Origin: an uncultured Candidatus Rokubacteria bacterium
Lineage (GTDB): Bacteria; Methylomirabilota; Methylomirabilia; Rokubacteriales; DASRDR01
DNA length: 64,000 bases
Direction: 5' to 3'
NCBI GenBank assembly: GCA_963826115.1
Contig: CAWGVS010000005.1
Location: 1,248,001 to 1,312,000, forward strand
The notes below the pieces were generated by a model that was given only the letters and a program-made list of their open reading frames with translations, searched no databases and was not told where the DNA came from. The position numbers and the translations under genes are program-made. Shown one piece after another: positions 19,877-29,788 of the stretch. Numbering within the stretch: position 1 is the first letter of the stretch; the number at the start of each line of letters is the position of its first letter.

Positions 19877-20746
19877 TCATCTCCGCCGCCGCGTGAGCAG
19901 GACGCCCGCGACGACGGCCGCCCCGCCCACCAGCGACGTCACCGCGACCCGCTCTCCGAGGAGAAGCGTGGCCGCCAGCACCGCGAAGAACGACTCCATG
20001 TTGGCATAGATCGCGGTCCGCGCGGCCCCGAGCCGTCGCACCGCCGCGTACCAGAGCAGGCTCCCGAGGGCGCCGCCCGCCGTGCCTGCGTAGAGGACGC
20101 CGGCGAACGCCCACCACGGAAGTCTCCAGTCCTGGGCGAGGAGCCCGGGCAGCGCGAAGGGAATCAACCCGAGCGTCCCCGTCAGCGTGATCCAGAACGT
20201 CCCGGCCAGCGTGCCGCGGCTCCGGAGGATGGGCGTGGCGAGAATCGTCCACACGCCCCACGTGATCGCGGCGCCGACGGTGAGAAGGTCCCCCAGGACG
20301 GACGCCTCGCCCGCCGCGCCGCTGGCCGGCCAGCCGATGATCAGCGCGGACCCGAGCACACCGAGCGCGAGCCCCGTCACGTCGAGCCGCCCGAGGCGCA
20401 CGTGCCCGAGCGCCTGGCTCATCCCGAACACGAACAGCGGGGTGACCGTGAAGATGAGCCCCGAGTGGGACGCGGTCGTGAGGTGGAGGCCCCACGAGTA
20501 GAGCATCTGGTTGACCGTGAACCCGATCAGCCCCGCGGCGAGGAGCGCCGGCAGGTCCTCGGCCGACGGCGCCCGCCAGCTTCCGGTCCGCCGGAGCGCG
20601 ATCGCCAGTACGATGCACGAGATCGTGCCGCGGGCGACCATGAGGGTGAGCGGGCTCATCACGGTCATGAGCCCCTTGAGGATGGGGAAGCTCACGCCCC
20701 AGACGAACACGGCGAGCAGCGCCCCGGCGTCCGCCCAGGTCAGCAC
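19877..20746 (-). CDS. DMT/EamA family transporter
   Basis: 10 TM, WGVSF, GLHLTTAS, GDLL, LWYAAVRRLGA, LLGE. Confidence 0.9.
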   Translation of the reverse strand: MLTWADAGALLAVFVWGVSFPILKGLMTVMSPLTLMVARGTISCIVLAIALRRTGSWRAPSAEDLPALLAAGLIGFTVNQMLYSWGLHLTTASHSGLIFTVTPLFVFGMSQALGHVRLGRLDVTGLALGVLGSALIIGWPASGAAGEASVLGDLLTVGAAITWGVWTILATPILRSRGTLAGTFWITLTGTLGLIPFALPGLLAQDWRLPWWAFAGVLYAGTAGGALGSLLWYAAVRRLGAARTAIYANMESFFAVLAATLLLGERVAVTSLVGGAAVVAGVLLTRRRR

Positions 20747-20756
20747 GCGCGCCGCC

Positions 20757-21626
20757 TCAACCCGGCCGGCGCGTGAGCAGGACGCCCGCGACGACGACCG
20801 CGCCGCCGACGAGCGCCGTCAGCGCGACGCGCTCCCCGAGGAGCAGCGCCGAGGCCAGCACCGCGAAGAGCGACTCCAGGTTGGCGTAGATCCCGGTCCG
20901 CGCGGCCCCGAGGCCCCGCACGGCGGCGTACCAGAGCAGGCTCGCGAGCGCGGCGCTGATCGCGCCCGAGTAGAGAATCCCCGCGACGGCCCACCACGGC
21001 AGCGCCCAGTCCTGGGCGAGGAGCCCGGGCAGCGCGAAGGGGATCAGCCCGAGCGTCCCCGCCACGCTCATCCAGAAGGTGCCGTCGAGCGTCCCGCGGC
21101 GGCGGAGGATCGGCGCGGCCATCACGGTCCACACGCCCCAGGTGGTCGCGGCGCCGATCATGAGCAGGTCCCCCAGGATCGGCGACGCGCCGGCCGCCCC
21201 GGGGTCCGGCAAGCCGATGATCAGCACGGCGCCGGCCACTCCGAGGGCGAGGCCGAGAAGGTCGAGCCGGCGCACCTGGACCTGGCCGAGCGCCCAGCTC
21301 AGCCCGAAGACGACGAGCGGGGTGACGGTGAAGATCAGCCCGGCGTGGGACGCCGTCGTCATGTGAAGCCCGCGGGCGTAGAGGATCTGGTTCAGCGTGA
21401 AGCCGGCCAGGCCGACCGCCAGGATCTCCGGCAGCTCCCGCAGCGCCGGCACCCGCCACTGACCGGTCAGGCGGAGCGCCGCGGCCAGGACGGTCAGCCC
21501 GACGAGCCACAGGATGACGACGAGGGCCAGCGGGTCCACCACGGCCATGAGAGCCTTCATGACCGGGAAGCTGACGCCCCACAGGAAGACGGCGAGCAGC
21601 GCCCCGCCGTCGGCCCTGGTCAGCAC
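20757..21626 (-). CDS. DMT/EamA family transporter (tandem paralog)
   Basis: Same length (870 nt) and colinear with 19877-20746. GTG start at 21626. Confidence 0.88.
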   Translation of the reverse strand: MLTRADGGALLAVFLWGVSFPVMKALMAVVDPLALVVILWLVGLTVLAAALRLTGQWRVPALRELPEILAVGLAGFTLNQILYARGLHMTTASHAGLIFTVTPLVVFGLSWALGQVQVRRLDLLGLALGVAGAVLIIGLPDPGAAGASPILGDLLMIGAATTWGVWTVMAAPILRRRGTLDGTFWMSVAGTLGLIPFALPGLLAQDWALPWWAVAGILYSGAISAALASLLWYAAVRGLGAARTGIYANLESLFAVLASALLLGERVALTALVGGAVVVAGVLLTRRPG

Positions 21627-21793
21627 CAGGCGGACACGAGACGATCGCCCGCTCGGGAGCGGGAGGGCGCGCCACCTCCACGGAGCCGCGGCGGCGGTGG
21701 CACAGGCACCCCGACATCGTACGCGAGGCGCGCCGCCTCGGCCACTCGACGGGCGCTTTCTTCTCATCGTCTCATCGCCGCGGAGCCCAGCCC

Positions 21794-21823
21794 TTGACAG
21801 CCCCCGACGGCGCCGCCTAGCAT
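21794..21823 (+). promoter_or_regulatory. sigma70 promoter of ABC module 2 / catabolic operon
   Basis: TTGACA-N18-TAGCAT, 7 nt before TTG 21831. Confidence 0.7.
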
Positions 21824-21830
21824 CGCCACG

Positions 21831-22719
21831 TTGGAGCTCACACGCGAGGCCGTGCTCGTGGCTCCCGATACCTCCCGCGAAATGCCGCGCCTCGGGCGGC
21901 GCATCCGGCGCGCCTTCCGGAGCTCGGTCGTCCTCGGCGGTCTCATCGTCTCGGTCGCTGATCGTGGCGGTGGCCCTCCTGGCAGGCGTCCTCGCGCCAG
22001 TGGCGCCCGACGAGCAGAACTTCGAGCTCCTCGAGGCGCCGCCCGGCCACCAGGCCTGGCTCGGCACGGATCGCCTGGGCCGGGACGTCCTGAGCCGCGT
22101 GATCCACGGCTCCCGGATCTCCCTCTACGTCGCCGCCGTCTCCATCGGGTCCGCCATGCTGGTCGGCGGCGCGCTGGGCCTCACCGCCGGCTATCTCGGA
22201 GGGCGGTGGGACAACCTCGTCAGCCGAGTGATGGACGTCTTCTTCAGCGTGCCCGGGCTCCTCCTCTCCATCGGCATCGCCGCGATGCGGGGCCCCGGCG
22301 TCAACAGCGCGGTGATCGCGATCGCCATCGTCTACACGCCGATCTTCGCGCGCATCATGCGGGGCCCCGTGCTCGCCGAGCGCGAGAAGGAGTACGTGGA
22401 GGCGGTCCGGGCGCTCGGGGCCGGACGCGTGAAGGTGGCGCTCCGCCACGTGCTCCCGAACGTCCTCTCGCCCTTCGTCGTGCAGGGCACCGTGGCGTTC
22501 TCGCAGGCGATCCTCATCGAGGCCTCGCTCAGCTACCTCGGCCTCTCCGCCCAGCCCCCGACGCCGTCCTGGGGCAACATGCTGAACGAGGGGCGGACGT
22601 ACCTCGAGACCGCGCCCTGGATCTCCGTCTTCCCGGGCCTCGCCATCATGACGGCGGTCTTCGCGTTCAACCTCCTCGGCGACGGCCTCCGCGACGTGCT
22701 CGATCCCCGATCCCAGTGA
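21831..22719 (+). CDS. DppC/OppC family permease, frameshifted near 21955
   Basis: N-terminus MELTREAV...GGLIV in one frame, continuing LIVAVALLA...WLGTDRLGRDVLSR...PSWG...LGDGLRDVLDP in the next. Confidence 0.85.
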
Positions 22720-22747
22720 CCACCCCTCGCTCCCAGGAGAAGAGCTC

Positions 22748-24358
22748 ATGACGACGCGTGACCGACAGCTCGACGACGCCGCCACCCGCTCCAGCGCGCC
22801 CAGCCGGCGCGACGTCCTCAAGGCGGGCGGCGCCGTCCTGGGGACGCTCGCCCTCGGCCGCGGCGCCGTCGCCCAGACGCCGAAGGCCGGCGGGACGATC
22901 ATCTCCGCCCAGAACAACGAGGCGACCGGGCTTGACCCGCAGCTCGTCCCCGCGCTCTCGCGGAGCCGGCGATCGCCTCTCACCTACAGCCAGCTCGTGC
23001 GCTTCGACGAGAACATGGCGATCCAGCCTGAGCTCGCCGAGTCCTGGACCCTCTCCGACGACAAGCTCACCTGGACGTTCAAGCTCAGGCAGGGCGTGAA
23101 GTTCCACGACGGCCAGGAGCTGACGAGCGACGACGTCAAGTTCACGTTCGACCGGCTCCTCGAGAAGTCGGCCGGCGGCAAGGCGGACTTCACCGCGCTC
23201 GACAAGGTGGAGCCGGCCGGCAAGCACCAGGTCAAGATGGTCACCAAGGAGCCGTTCGCGGCGCTCCTGGCCGCCCTCGCCGGCTTCTGGGGCTACGTCG
23301 TGAGCGAAGCGGGCGTGAAGGCGAGCGGCGGCGACCTCAACAAGGCGGCAGTGGGCACGGGCCCCTTCCTCCTGGCCGACTGGAAGGTCGAGCAGCAGAT
23401 GGTCTTCAAGAAGAACCCGAACTACTGGAAGAAGGGACTGCCCTACGTCGACGAGGTCGTCATCCGGATCATCCCGGACGAGGCGAACGTCGTCGCCGCC
23501 CTACGGGCCGGGCAAATCCACCACGCGTTCATCGAGGACAACAAGAACTGGAGCCTCCTGAAGGACGAGAAGTCGCTCACGGGCTACCGGTCCTCGCGGC
23601 TCGGCTACGACTACCTGAACATCAGCGCGAACCGCGTGAACGCCCCGGCGGACAAGCCGTGGCCCCTCAAGGACGTCCGCGTCCGCCAGGCGATCAGCTA
23701 CGCCGTCGACCGGAACGCGATCCTCCGGGTCGCCGCCGCCGGCTTCGGGCGCCTGACCGCCCCCGCCACCGCGCCCATGAAGCAGTGGCAGATCCCCGAG
23801 GACCAGTGGATGAAGTACTACAAGCCGGATCTCGACAAGGCCAAGAAGCTCCTGGCCGACGCCGGGTTCCCCAACGGCTTCTCCGTGAAGCTCTGCGTGA
23901 TACCGACGTTCCCGACGATGGTCAACGGCGCGCCGGTGGTGGCGGCGAACCTGAAGCGCATCGGGATCAACGTCGAGATCGAGAACGTCGAGTACGCGGT
24001 GTGGATCAAGCGGTGGCTCGCCAAGGATTTCGACATGACGATGAACACGACGCCGGGGTACGGCGACCCCGACACCGCGTTCTTCCGGGCGCTCCACGCG
24101 ACCAAGGGGCAGAACTGGAACAGCTCGAGCCCCTCGGACCTGGACGGGATGCTCGAGGAAGGCCGGCGCACGTTCGACCAGAAGCGCCGGAAGGAGATCT
24201 ACGACAAGGTCCAGATCATGATCCTCGAGCAGGTGCCGCACCTCTGGCTCTTCTCGGCGGATCACATCGACTTCAGCCAGAGCTACGTCAAGGGCTGGGT
24301 CCAGCACCCGACGACGAACCTCTACGGCTTCGAGCGCGTCTGGCTCGACAAGGCCTAG
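22748..24358 (+). CDS. ABC substrate-binding protein, family 5, Tat signal
   Basis: SRRDVLK signal, LRQGVKFHDG, GTGPF, DVRVRQAI. Confidence 0.92.
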   Translation: MTTRDRQLDDAATRSSAPSRRDVLKAGGAVLGTLALGRGAVAQTPKAGGTIISAQNNEATGLDPQLVPALSRSRRSPLTYSQLVRFDENMAIQPELAESWTLSDDKLTWTFKLRQGVKFHDGQELTSDDVKFTFDRLLEKSAGGKADFTALDKVEPAGKHQVKMVTKEPFAALLAALAGFWGYVVSEAGVKASGGDLNKAAVGTGPFLLADWKVEQQMVFKKNPNYWKKGLPYVDEVVIRIIPDEANVVAALRAGQIHHAFIEDNKNWSLLKDEKSLTGYRSSRLGYDYLNISANRVNAPADKPWPLKDVRVRQAISYAVDRNAILRVAAAGFGRLTAPATAPMKQWQIPEDQWMKYYKPDLDKAKKLLADAGFPNGFSVKLCVIPTFPTMVNGAPVVAANLKRIGINVEIENVEYAVWIKRWLAKDFDMTMNTTPGYGDPDTAFFRALHATKGQNWNSSSPSDLDGMLEEGRRTFDQKRRKEIYDKVQIMILEQVPHLWLFSADHIDFSQSYVKGWVQHPTTNLYGFERVWLDKA

Positions 24359-24425
24359 GCCGCACGGCGAGGTCCCGTCGCCCGGGCCAGCCGGCCCACG
24401 GCGCGGGGCCTCGCCCGGGGGCGCC

Positions 24426-24893
24426 ATGGGCTTCGGACGGTTCCAGCGCTGGCTCTATCGGGGGGGCCGTCCCAATGCCCTGGCCCGGGTCATCAATCGC
24501 GCCACGGCGGCGGTGCACGGCCTGGGGATCGCCCCGAACTACCTCGTCACCCTGGAGGTGGCGGGGCGCCGGTCCGGGCGCCCCATCGCCTTCCCGCTGG
24601 CCATGGCCGTCGTGGATGGGCAGCGCTTCGTGGTCTCGATGCTCGGCCCCGACGTGGCGTGGGTCAGGAACCTCCACGCCGCGGATGGCCGGGCGCTCCT
24701 GCGTCACGGCAAGACCGAGCGAGTGCGGCTAGAGGAGATTCCGGTCAATGAGCGCGTCCCCGTGCTGAAGGCCTACGTCAGGAAGGCGCCCGGAGCGCGG
24801 CCGCACCTCGGAGTGGACAGGGACGCCTCGCTCGAGGAGCTCCGGGCGATCGCCCCCCGGATCCCGGTGTTCCGGGTGCTCGCCGCCGAGTAG
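24426..24893 (+). CDS. Deazaflavin (F420)-dependent nitroreductase/Ddn-like split beta-barrel protein
   Basis: LEVAGRRSGRP, WVRNLHA, IPVFRV. Confidence 0.75.
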   Translation: MGFGRFQRWLYRGGRPNALARVINRATAAVHGLGIAPNYLVTLEVAGRRSGRPIAFPLAMAVVDGQRFVVSMLGPDVAWVRNLHAADGRALLRHGKTERVRLEEIPVNERVPVLKAYVRKAPGARPHLGVDRDASLEELRAIAPRIPVFRVLAAE

Positions 24894-24980
24894 CTCGACG
24901 CGGACGGGCTCGATGACACACCGGGCTCCCGGAAAGCCGGCCGGCCGCGCGTTCGACACCACCTCTCCGCCCGGTCGCTG

Positions 24981-25934
24981 ATGGGCCGCTACCTGGTCGT
25001 GCGCCTCTACTCGATGGCCATCACCCTGCTCGGCCTCACCGTCCTGGTCTTCCTGATGCTCCACCTGATCCCCGGCACTGTCGTCGAGCAGATGATCGGG
25101 GCCGACGCGGTGGTGAGCCAGCAGATGGTCGACCAGCTCAAGCGCTTCTTCGGCCTGGACCAGCCCTGGTACGTCCAGTACGGGCGGTGGCTCGGACAGC
25201 TCCTCCGCGGCGACCTCGGGACGTCGTGGCGAACCGGGAAGCCGGTCCTCACCCTGATCATGGAGCGCCTGCCGGTCACGATCGAGCTGACCCTGTTCTC
25301 GGTGGCCTTCGCGCTCATCGTCGGGGTGGCCGCCGGCGTCCTGTCCTCGGTCCGCCGGGACCGCCCCATCGACCACGTCACGCGGATCGGCACCCTGGTC
25401 GGGCTCTCGATCCCCGTCTTCTGGCAGGGCACGATGCTGATCCTCTTCTTCTCGCTGTACCTCCGCTGGATGCCGCCGGTGATGTGGGTCGACTTCCTGA
25501 CCGACCCCCGTCGGAACCTCACCATCATGATCCTCCCCGCCCTCTGCCTCGGCACCGCGGCGGCCGCGAACGTGGCGCGGACGACGCGCTCCTGCATGCT
25601 GGACGTCCTGGGATCGGACCACGTGCGGACGGCCCGCGCGAAGGGTCTGGCGAGCCGGGCCGTGGTCCTCAAGCACGCGCTGAAGAACGCGATGATCCCC
25701 GTGGTCACCGTCGCCGGGCTCCAGATCGGCATCCTCCTCGGCGGCACCGTGGTCGTGGAGGAGGTCTTCACCCTGCCGGGCGTCGGCCGGCTGGTCCTCT
25801 GGTCGATCTACCAGCGAGACTACCCGGTGACCCAGAGCACCATCCTGTTCATCGCGACGCTCTTCATGGCCCTCAATCTCGCCGTCGATCTGTTGTACGG
25901 TTACCTGGAGCCCCGGATCCGGTACGGGGACTGA
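24981..25934 (+). CDS. DppB/OppB family permease
   Basis: GLDQPWYVQY, GDLGTS, RTARAKGL, HALKNA, EPRIRY. Confidence 0.92.
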   Translation: MGRYLVVRLYSMAITLLGLTVLVFLMLHLIPGTVVEQMIGADAVVSQQMVDQLKRFFGLDQPWYVQYGRWLGQLLRGDLGTSWRTGKPVLTLIMERLPVTIELTLFSVAFALIVGVAAGVLSSVRRDRPIDHVTRIGTLVGLSIPVFWQGTMLILFFSLYLRWMPPVMWVDFLTDPRRNLTIMILPALCLGTAAAANVARTTRSCMLDVLGSDHVRTARAKGLASRAVVLKHALKNAMIPVVTVAGLQIGILLGGTVVVEEVFTLPGVGRLVLWSIYQRDYPVTQSTILFIATLFMALNLAVDLLYGYLEPRIRYGD

Positions 25935-25989
25935 GCGGCCGCGAGCCGGGCCCGCGCCGGCGCGCGGCCCGAGGAGAGACGACGGACCC

Positions 25990-27081
25990 ATGAAGGCCCC
26001 GGTCCTGTTCCAGCAGAAGGAGCCCCTCCGCGTCGAGGAGCTCGAGGTGGAGGCGCCGCGCGAGGGCGAGGTGGCCGTCCGCATGGTGGCGAGCGGCGTC
26101 TGCCACAGCTGCCTCCACGCGGCCGACGGCAGCTGGCAGGGCATCCCCCTCCCGATCGTGCTGGGCGACGAGGGCTCGGGGATCGTGGAGCAGGTCGGAC
26201 CGGGCGTGCGGCACCTCCGGCCCGGCGACCACGTCGTGCTCTCCTGGGCCCCGACCTGCGGGCGCTGCCACTACTGCGTCATCGGCCGGCCGAATCTCTG
26301 CGAGAACCGCCAGCCCGGGAAGGGCGTCCTCCCCGAGGGCACCACGCGCCTGTCCTTCGGCGGAAAGCCCGTCTACCAGTACGGCCACGTCGCGACCTAC
26401 GCCTCCCGCACCGTGGTGGCGGAGTCGAGCGCGATCCCGATCCGCCCCGACATGCCCCTCGATCGCGCAGCGCTCATCGGCTGCTCGGTGATGACCGGCG
26501 TCGGCGCGGTGATCAACACCGCCCAGGTGCCGCCGGGCGCCGGCATGGCGGTCTTCGGGGTGGGCGGCGTCGGGCTCAACGTCGTCCAGGGCGGCGCGCT
26601 CGTGACCGCCCATCCGATCATCGCGGTCGACGTGCGGGCCGAGCGGCTCGAAGAGGCGCGGGCGCTCGGCGCCACGCACGTCGTGGACGCGTCGCGCCAG
26701 GATCCGGTGGCGGCCATCCGCGCCATCACGCGGCGGGGCGCCGACTACACGTTCGCCGCCGTCGGCGACGCGCGCGCGATGGGCCAGGCCATCGACGCCC
26801 TGGCGCCGGGAGGAACCGCGGTCATGATCGGCGTCCCGCCGACCGGCACGACGGTGCCCTTGAACGTCCAGCCGCTCGTGAGCCAGGAGCGCGTCATCCG
26901 GGGCTCGATCTACGGGAGCGCCCGGACCCGCGAGGACTTTCCCCGCCTCGTGGAGCTCTACCTCGCCGGCAAGCTCCGCCTCGACGACCTGATCACCCGC
27001 CGCTACTCGATCGACGAGGCGAACGAAGGGTTCCGGGACCTCGCGTCCGGGGCCCTCGCGCGCGGCCTCATCGTCTTCTGA
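25990..27081 (+). CDS. Zn-dependent alcohol dehydrogenase (class III-like MDR)
   Basis: GVCHS, LGDEGSG, CGRCHYC..C structural Zn, GCSVMTG, GVGGVG. Confidence 0.9.
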   Translation: MKAPVLFQQKEPLRVEELEVEAPREGEVAVRMVASGVCHSCLHAADGSWQGIPLPIVLGDEGSGIVEQVGPGVRHLRPGDHVVLSWAPTCGRCHYCVIGRPNLCENRQPGKGVLPEGTTRLSFGGKPVYQYGHVATYASRTVVAESSAIPIRPDMPLDRAALIGCSVMTGVGAVINTAQVPPGAGMAVFGVGGVGLNVVQGGALVTAHPIIAVDVRAERLEEARALGATHVVDASRQDPVAAIRAITRRGADYTFAAVGDARAMGQAIDALAPGGTAVMIGVPPTGTTVPLNVQPLVSQERVIRGSIYGSARTREDFPRLVELYLAGKLRLDDLITRRYSIDEANEGFRDLASGALARGLIVF

Positions 27082-27089
27082 GCCCGACG

Positions 27090-27965
27090 ATGCCCGCGCC
27101 CACGCCCCGGCCGACGCCGTTGACGGTGTACCTTCCGTTCAACCGGGACTGCGTCCGCGACGGCTTCGTCCCAGCCAAGACGGGTGACGTACCGCCGCCG
27201 CCCTCCGGGCACTGGCTCCTCGTTCAGGACCAGGCGCTCCTCGTCCACGCGGAGGGCGACCGCTTCCGCCTGCCCGAGGGCGAGCGGCCGGCGGACCTCG
27301 CCGCGCCCGACCCGATATGGCTCGGCACGCTCGGGAACACGCCCTGCTGGGTGACGGCGGTGCCGAAGGACGCGCCGGTCCCGGCCGGGCTGTCGCGCGA
27401 GACCATGGTGCCGATGCAGGGCACGCGGCTCCCGGACGAGCTCCTGTCGCTCGGCGGGATGGCCATGCAGCTCCTCTGGTGGGAGTCGACCAGCGGGCAC
27501 TGCCCGCGCTGCGGGGAGCCGACGGCGCGCATCGCCGGCGAGTGGGGCAAGAAGTGCGCCCGGTGCCGCTACGAGCACTACCCCCACCTCCACCCCGCGG
27601 TGATCACGCTGGTCCGCGACGGGTCCCGCGTGCTGCTCGCCCGGAAGGCGGGCTGGGCGCCAGGGCGCTACGCGCTGGTCGCGGGCTTCGTCGACAACGG
27701 CGAGTCCCTCGAGGGCGCCGTCGCCCGTGAGGTGAAGGAGGAGGTCGGCGTCGACGTGACCGACATCCAGTACGTCGGGAGCCAGAACTGGCCCTTCCCG
27801 AGCCAGCTCATGATCGGCTTCGTCGCCCGCTACGCCGGCGGCGAGATCACGATCGACAAGGAAGAGCTCGAGGACGCCCGCTGGTTCGACTGCGACAAGC
27901 TCCCCACCGGCCCCTCCCGCCACTCGATCGCGGGATTCATCATCGCCAACCACGCCCGCCCCTGA
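27090..27965 (+). CDS. nudC: NAD(H) pyrophosphatase / NAD-cap decapping Nudix enzyme
   Basis: CPRCG...CARC Zn finger, Nudix box AGFVDNGESLEGAVAREVKEEVG, SQNWPFPSQLM. Confidence 0.9.
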   Translation: MPAPTPRPTPLTVYLPFNRDCVRDGFVPAKTGDVPPPPSGHWLLVQDQALLVHAEGDRFRLPEGERPADLAAPDPIWLGTLGNTPCWVTAVPKDAPVPAGLSRETMVPMQGTRLPDELLSLGGMAMQLLWWESTSGHCPRCGEPTARIAGEWGKKCARCRYEHYPHLHPAVITLVRDGSRVLLARKAGWAPGRYALVAGFVDNGESLEGAVAREVKEEVGVDVTDIQYVGSQNWPFPSQLMIGFVARYAGGEITIDKEELEDARWFDCDKLPTGPSRHSIAGFIIANHARP

Positions 27966-27990
27966 GCGCGGGCATCTTGCGGAGGAACGC

Positions 27991-28755
27991 GTGCGTCCCA
28001 ACAGTCTGAAGGCGAAGCTCCGGGCCGGCCAGCGGGTGGTCGGCGCCCTCATCACGATCAACAGCCCCGAGCTGGTCGAGACCTTCGGCCACCTCGGCTA
28101 CGACTTCGTCTTCATCGACGGCCAGCACGGCGGCCTCGGCGTCGAGACGGCCCGGGAGCTCATCCGCGCGGCCGAGCTGACCGGCATGACACCGCTCGTG
28201 CGGGTCCGGAAGAACGACGCCGCGGAGATCCTCGAGTACCTCGACCAGGGCGCGGGGGGCGTCATCGTGCCCGATGTGATGGGCGCGACCGACGTGGAGG
28301 CCGCCGCCAAGGCGACCCGATATCCCTCGCGCGGGACGCGCGGCGCCATGGGCATGTCGCGCGCCGCCTTCTACGGGGTGCCCGAGACGCGCGGGGCCTA
28401 CTACCAGCAGGCGGACGACGAGGTCCTCTGCTGCGCCATCTTCGAGAACGCGAAGGTGCTCGAGGAGCTCGACGCCGCCGTCCGGGTCCCCGACCTCGAC
28501 GTCGTCGTGATCGGCCCCGGCGACCTCTCGATGTCGATGGGCATCCGGAACGGCTGGAAGGACCCGCGTGTCCAGGCCGAGGTCGCGCGGATCCACGCCG
28601 CCGCCCGGGCGGCGGGCAAACCGGGGATGATCGTCGCCCTTGACCACGACGACGGCCGTCGACTCCTGGCCGAGGGTTACCAGGCGGTCATGGTGGTGAC
28701 CGGCCCCATGATCGTGAACGCGGCCCGCGACTTCCTCCGCGTCCTTCGCTCCTAG
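27991..28755 (+). CDS. HpcH/HpaI family aldolase
   Basis: GYDFVFIDGQHG, PLVRV, LDQGAGG, RYPSRGTRG, IGPGDLS. Confidence 0.88.
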   Translation: MRPNSLKAKLRAGQRVVGALITINSPELVETFGHLGYDFVFIDGQHGGLGVETARELIRAAELTGMTPLVRVRKNDAAEILEYLDQGAGGVIVPDVMGATDVEAAAKATRYPSRGTRGAMGMSRAAFYGVPETRGAYYQQADDEVLCCAIFENAKVLEELDAAVRVPDLDVVVIGPGDLSMSMGIRNGWKDPRVQAEVARIHAAARAAGKPGMIVALDHDDGRRLLAEGYQAVMVVTGPMIVNAARDFLRVLRS

Positions 28756-28768
28756 AGAGAGGCCCCTC

Positions 28769-29788
28769 ATGCGCGTCGCGACCTGGCACGGAGACACCCG
28801 CTTCACCCTCGACGACCTCCCGGAGCCCGTTCCGGGCCCGGGCGAGGCGCTGGTCGCCGTTCACACCGCCGGCATCTGCGGCAGCGACGTCCACGCGATC
28901 CAGGGGCTGTTCCCGCTGACGCCGCCGAGGGTCATGGGCCACGAGTACAGCGGCACCGTGCTCGAGGTCGGCCGCGGCGTGAGCCGGAGCCTGGTGGGCC
29001 GCGCAGTCGCCTGCGAGCCGAACTACGGGTGCGGAGTCTGCGACGACTGCCGGGCAGGCCGGATCAGCCAGTGCCAGCGGTGCGTGCGGGTGGGCGGCTT
29101 CGCGGAGCGCGTCGTGCTGCCCCGCCACTGCCTCCATCCCCTGCCCCAGGGCCTCGATCCCGCCACCGCCGCGCTCGCCGAGCCGGCCTCGTGCTGCCTC
29201 GAGGGGCTCGAGATGGCGCGGATGAAGAAGGGCGCGAGCGTGGTGGTGATCGGGGGCGGCATCATGGGCCTCCTCACGCTCGCCCTCGCGAAGGCCCGGG
29301 GCGCCGGGACCACGATCCTGTCGGATCCAGTCGCGAGCCGTCGCGAGGCGGCCCGGCGGCTCGGCGCCGATCTGACCGTCGATCCCGCGACCGAGGACCT
29401 CGCGACGGTCGTGAATCGCACGACGGGCGGCCGGGGCATCGACCTCGCCTGCGAGGCGGTCGGGAAGCCCGAGCTCCTGGCGGCGGCCGCGCGCCTCACC
29501 CGCCCCCGCGGCGTCGTCCAGCTGGTCGGCGTCTGCCCGAAGGGGAGCACGCTCCCGGTCGATCTCTTCGACTTCCACTTCCGCGAGCTGACCCTGACCG
29601 GCGCCTACGGCCGCGGGACGGCGTTCAAGCGCGTCCTGCCGCTCCTCGACCGCATCGGCGCCACCGACCTCGTCACGGACCGCTATCCGCTCGACCGGAT
29701 CGGCGAGGCGTTCGCCCACGCGGCCGCGGGCCGGGGGCTCAAGACCGCCATCGTGCCCGGCACCCCCTCAGCCAGGAGCCACGCATGA
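28769..29788 (+). CDS. Zn-binding dehydrogenase (threonine/sorbitol DH-like)
   Basis: GICGSD, GHEYSG, CGVCDDC..C, AEP, GGGIMG. Confidence 0.9.
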   Translation: MRVATWHGDTRFTLDDLPEPVPGPGEALVAVHTAGICGSDVHAIQGLFPLTPPRVMGHEYSGTVLEVGRGVSRSLVGRAVACEPNYGCGVCDDCRAGRISQCQRCVRVGGFAERVVLPRHCLHPLPQGLDPATAALAEPASCCLEGLEMARMKKGASVVVIGGGIMGLLTLALAKARGAGTTILSDPVASRREAARRLGADLTVDPATEDLATVVNRTTGGRGIDLACEAVGKPELLAAAARLTRPRGVVQLVGVCPKGSTLPVDLFDFHFRELTLTGAYGRGTAFKRVLPLLDRIGATDLVTDRYPLDRIGEAFAHAAAGRGLKTAIVPGTPSARSHA

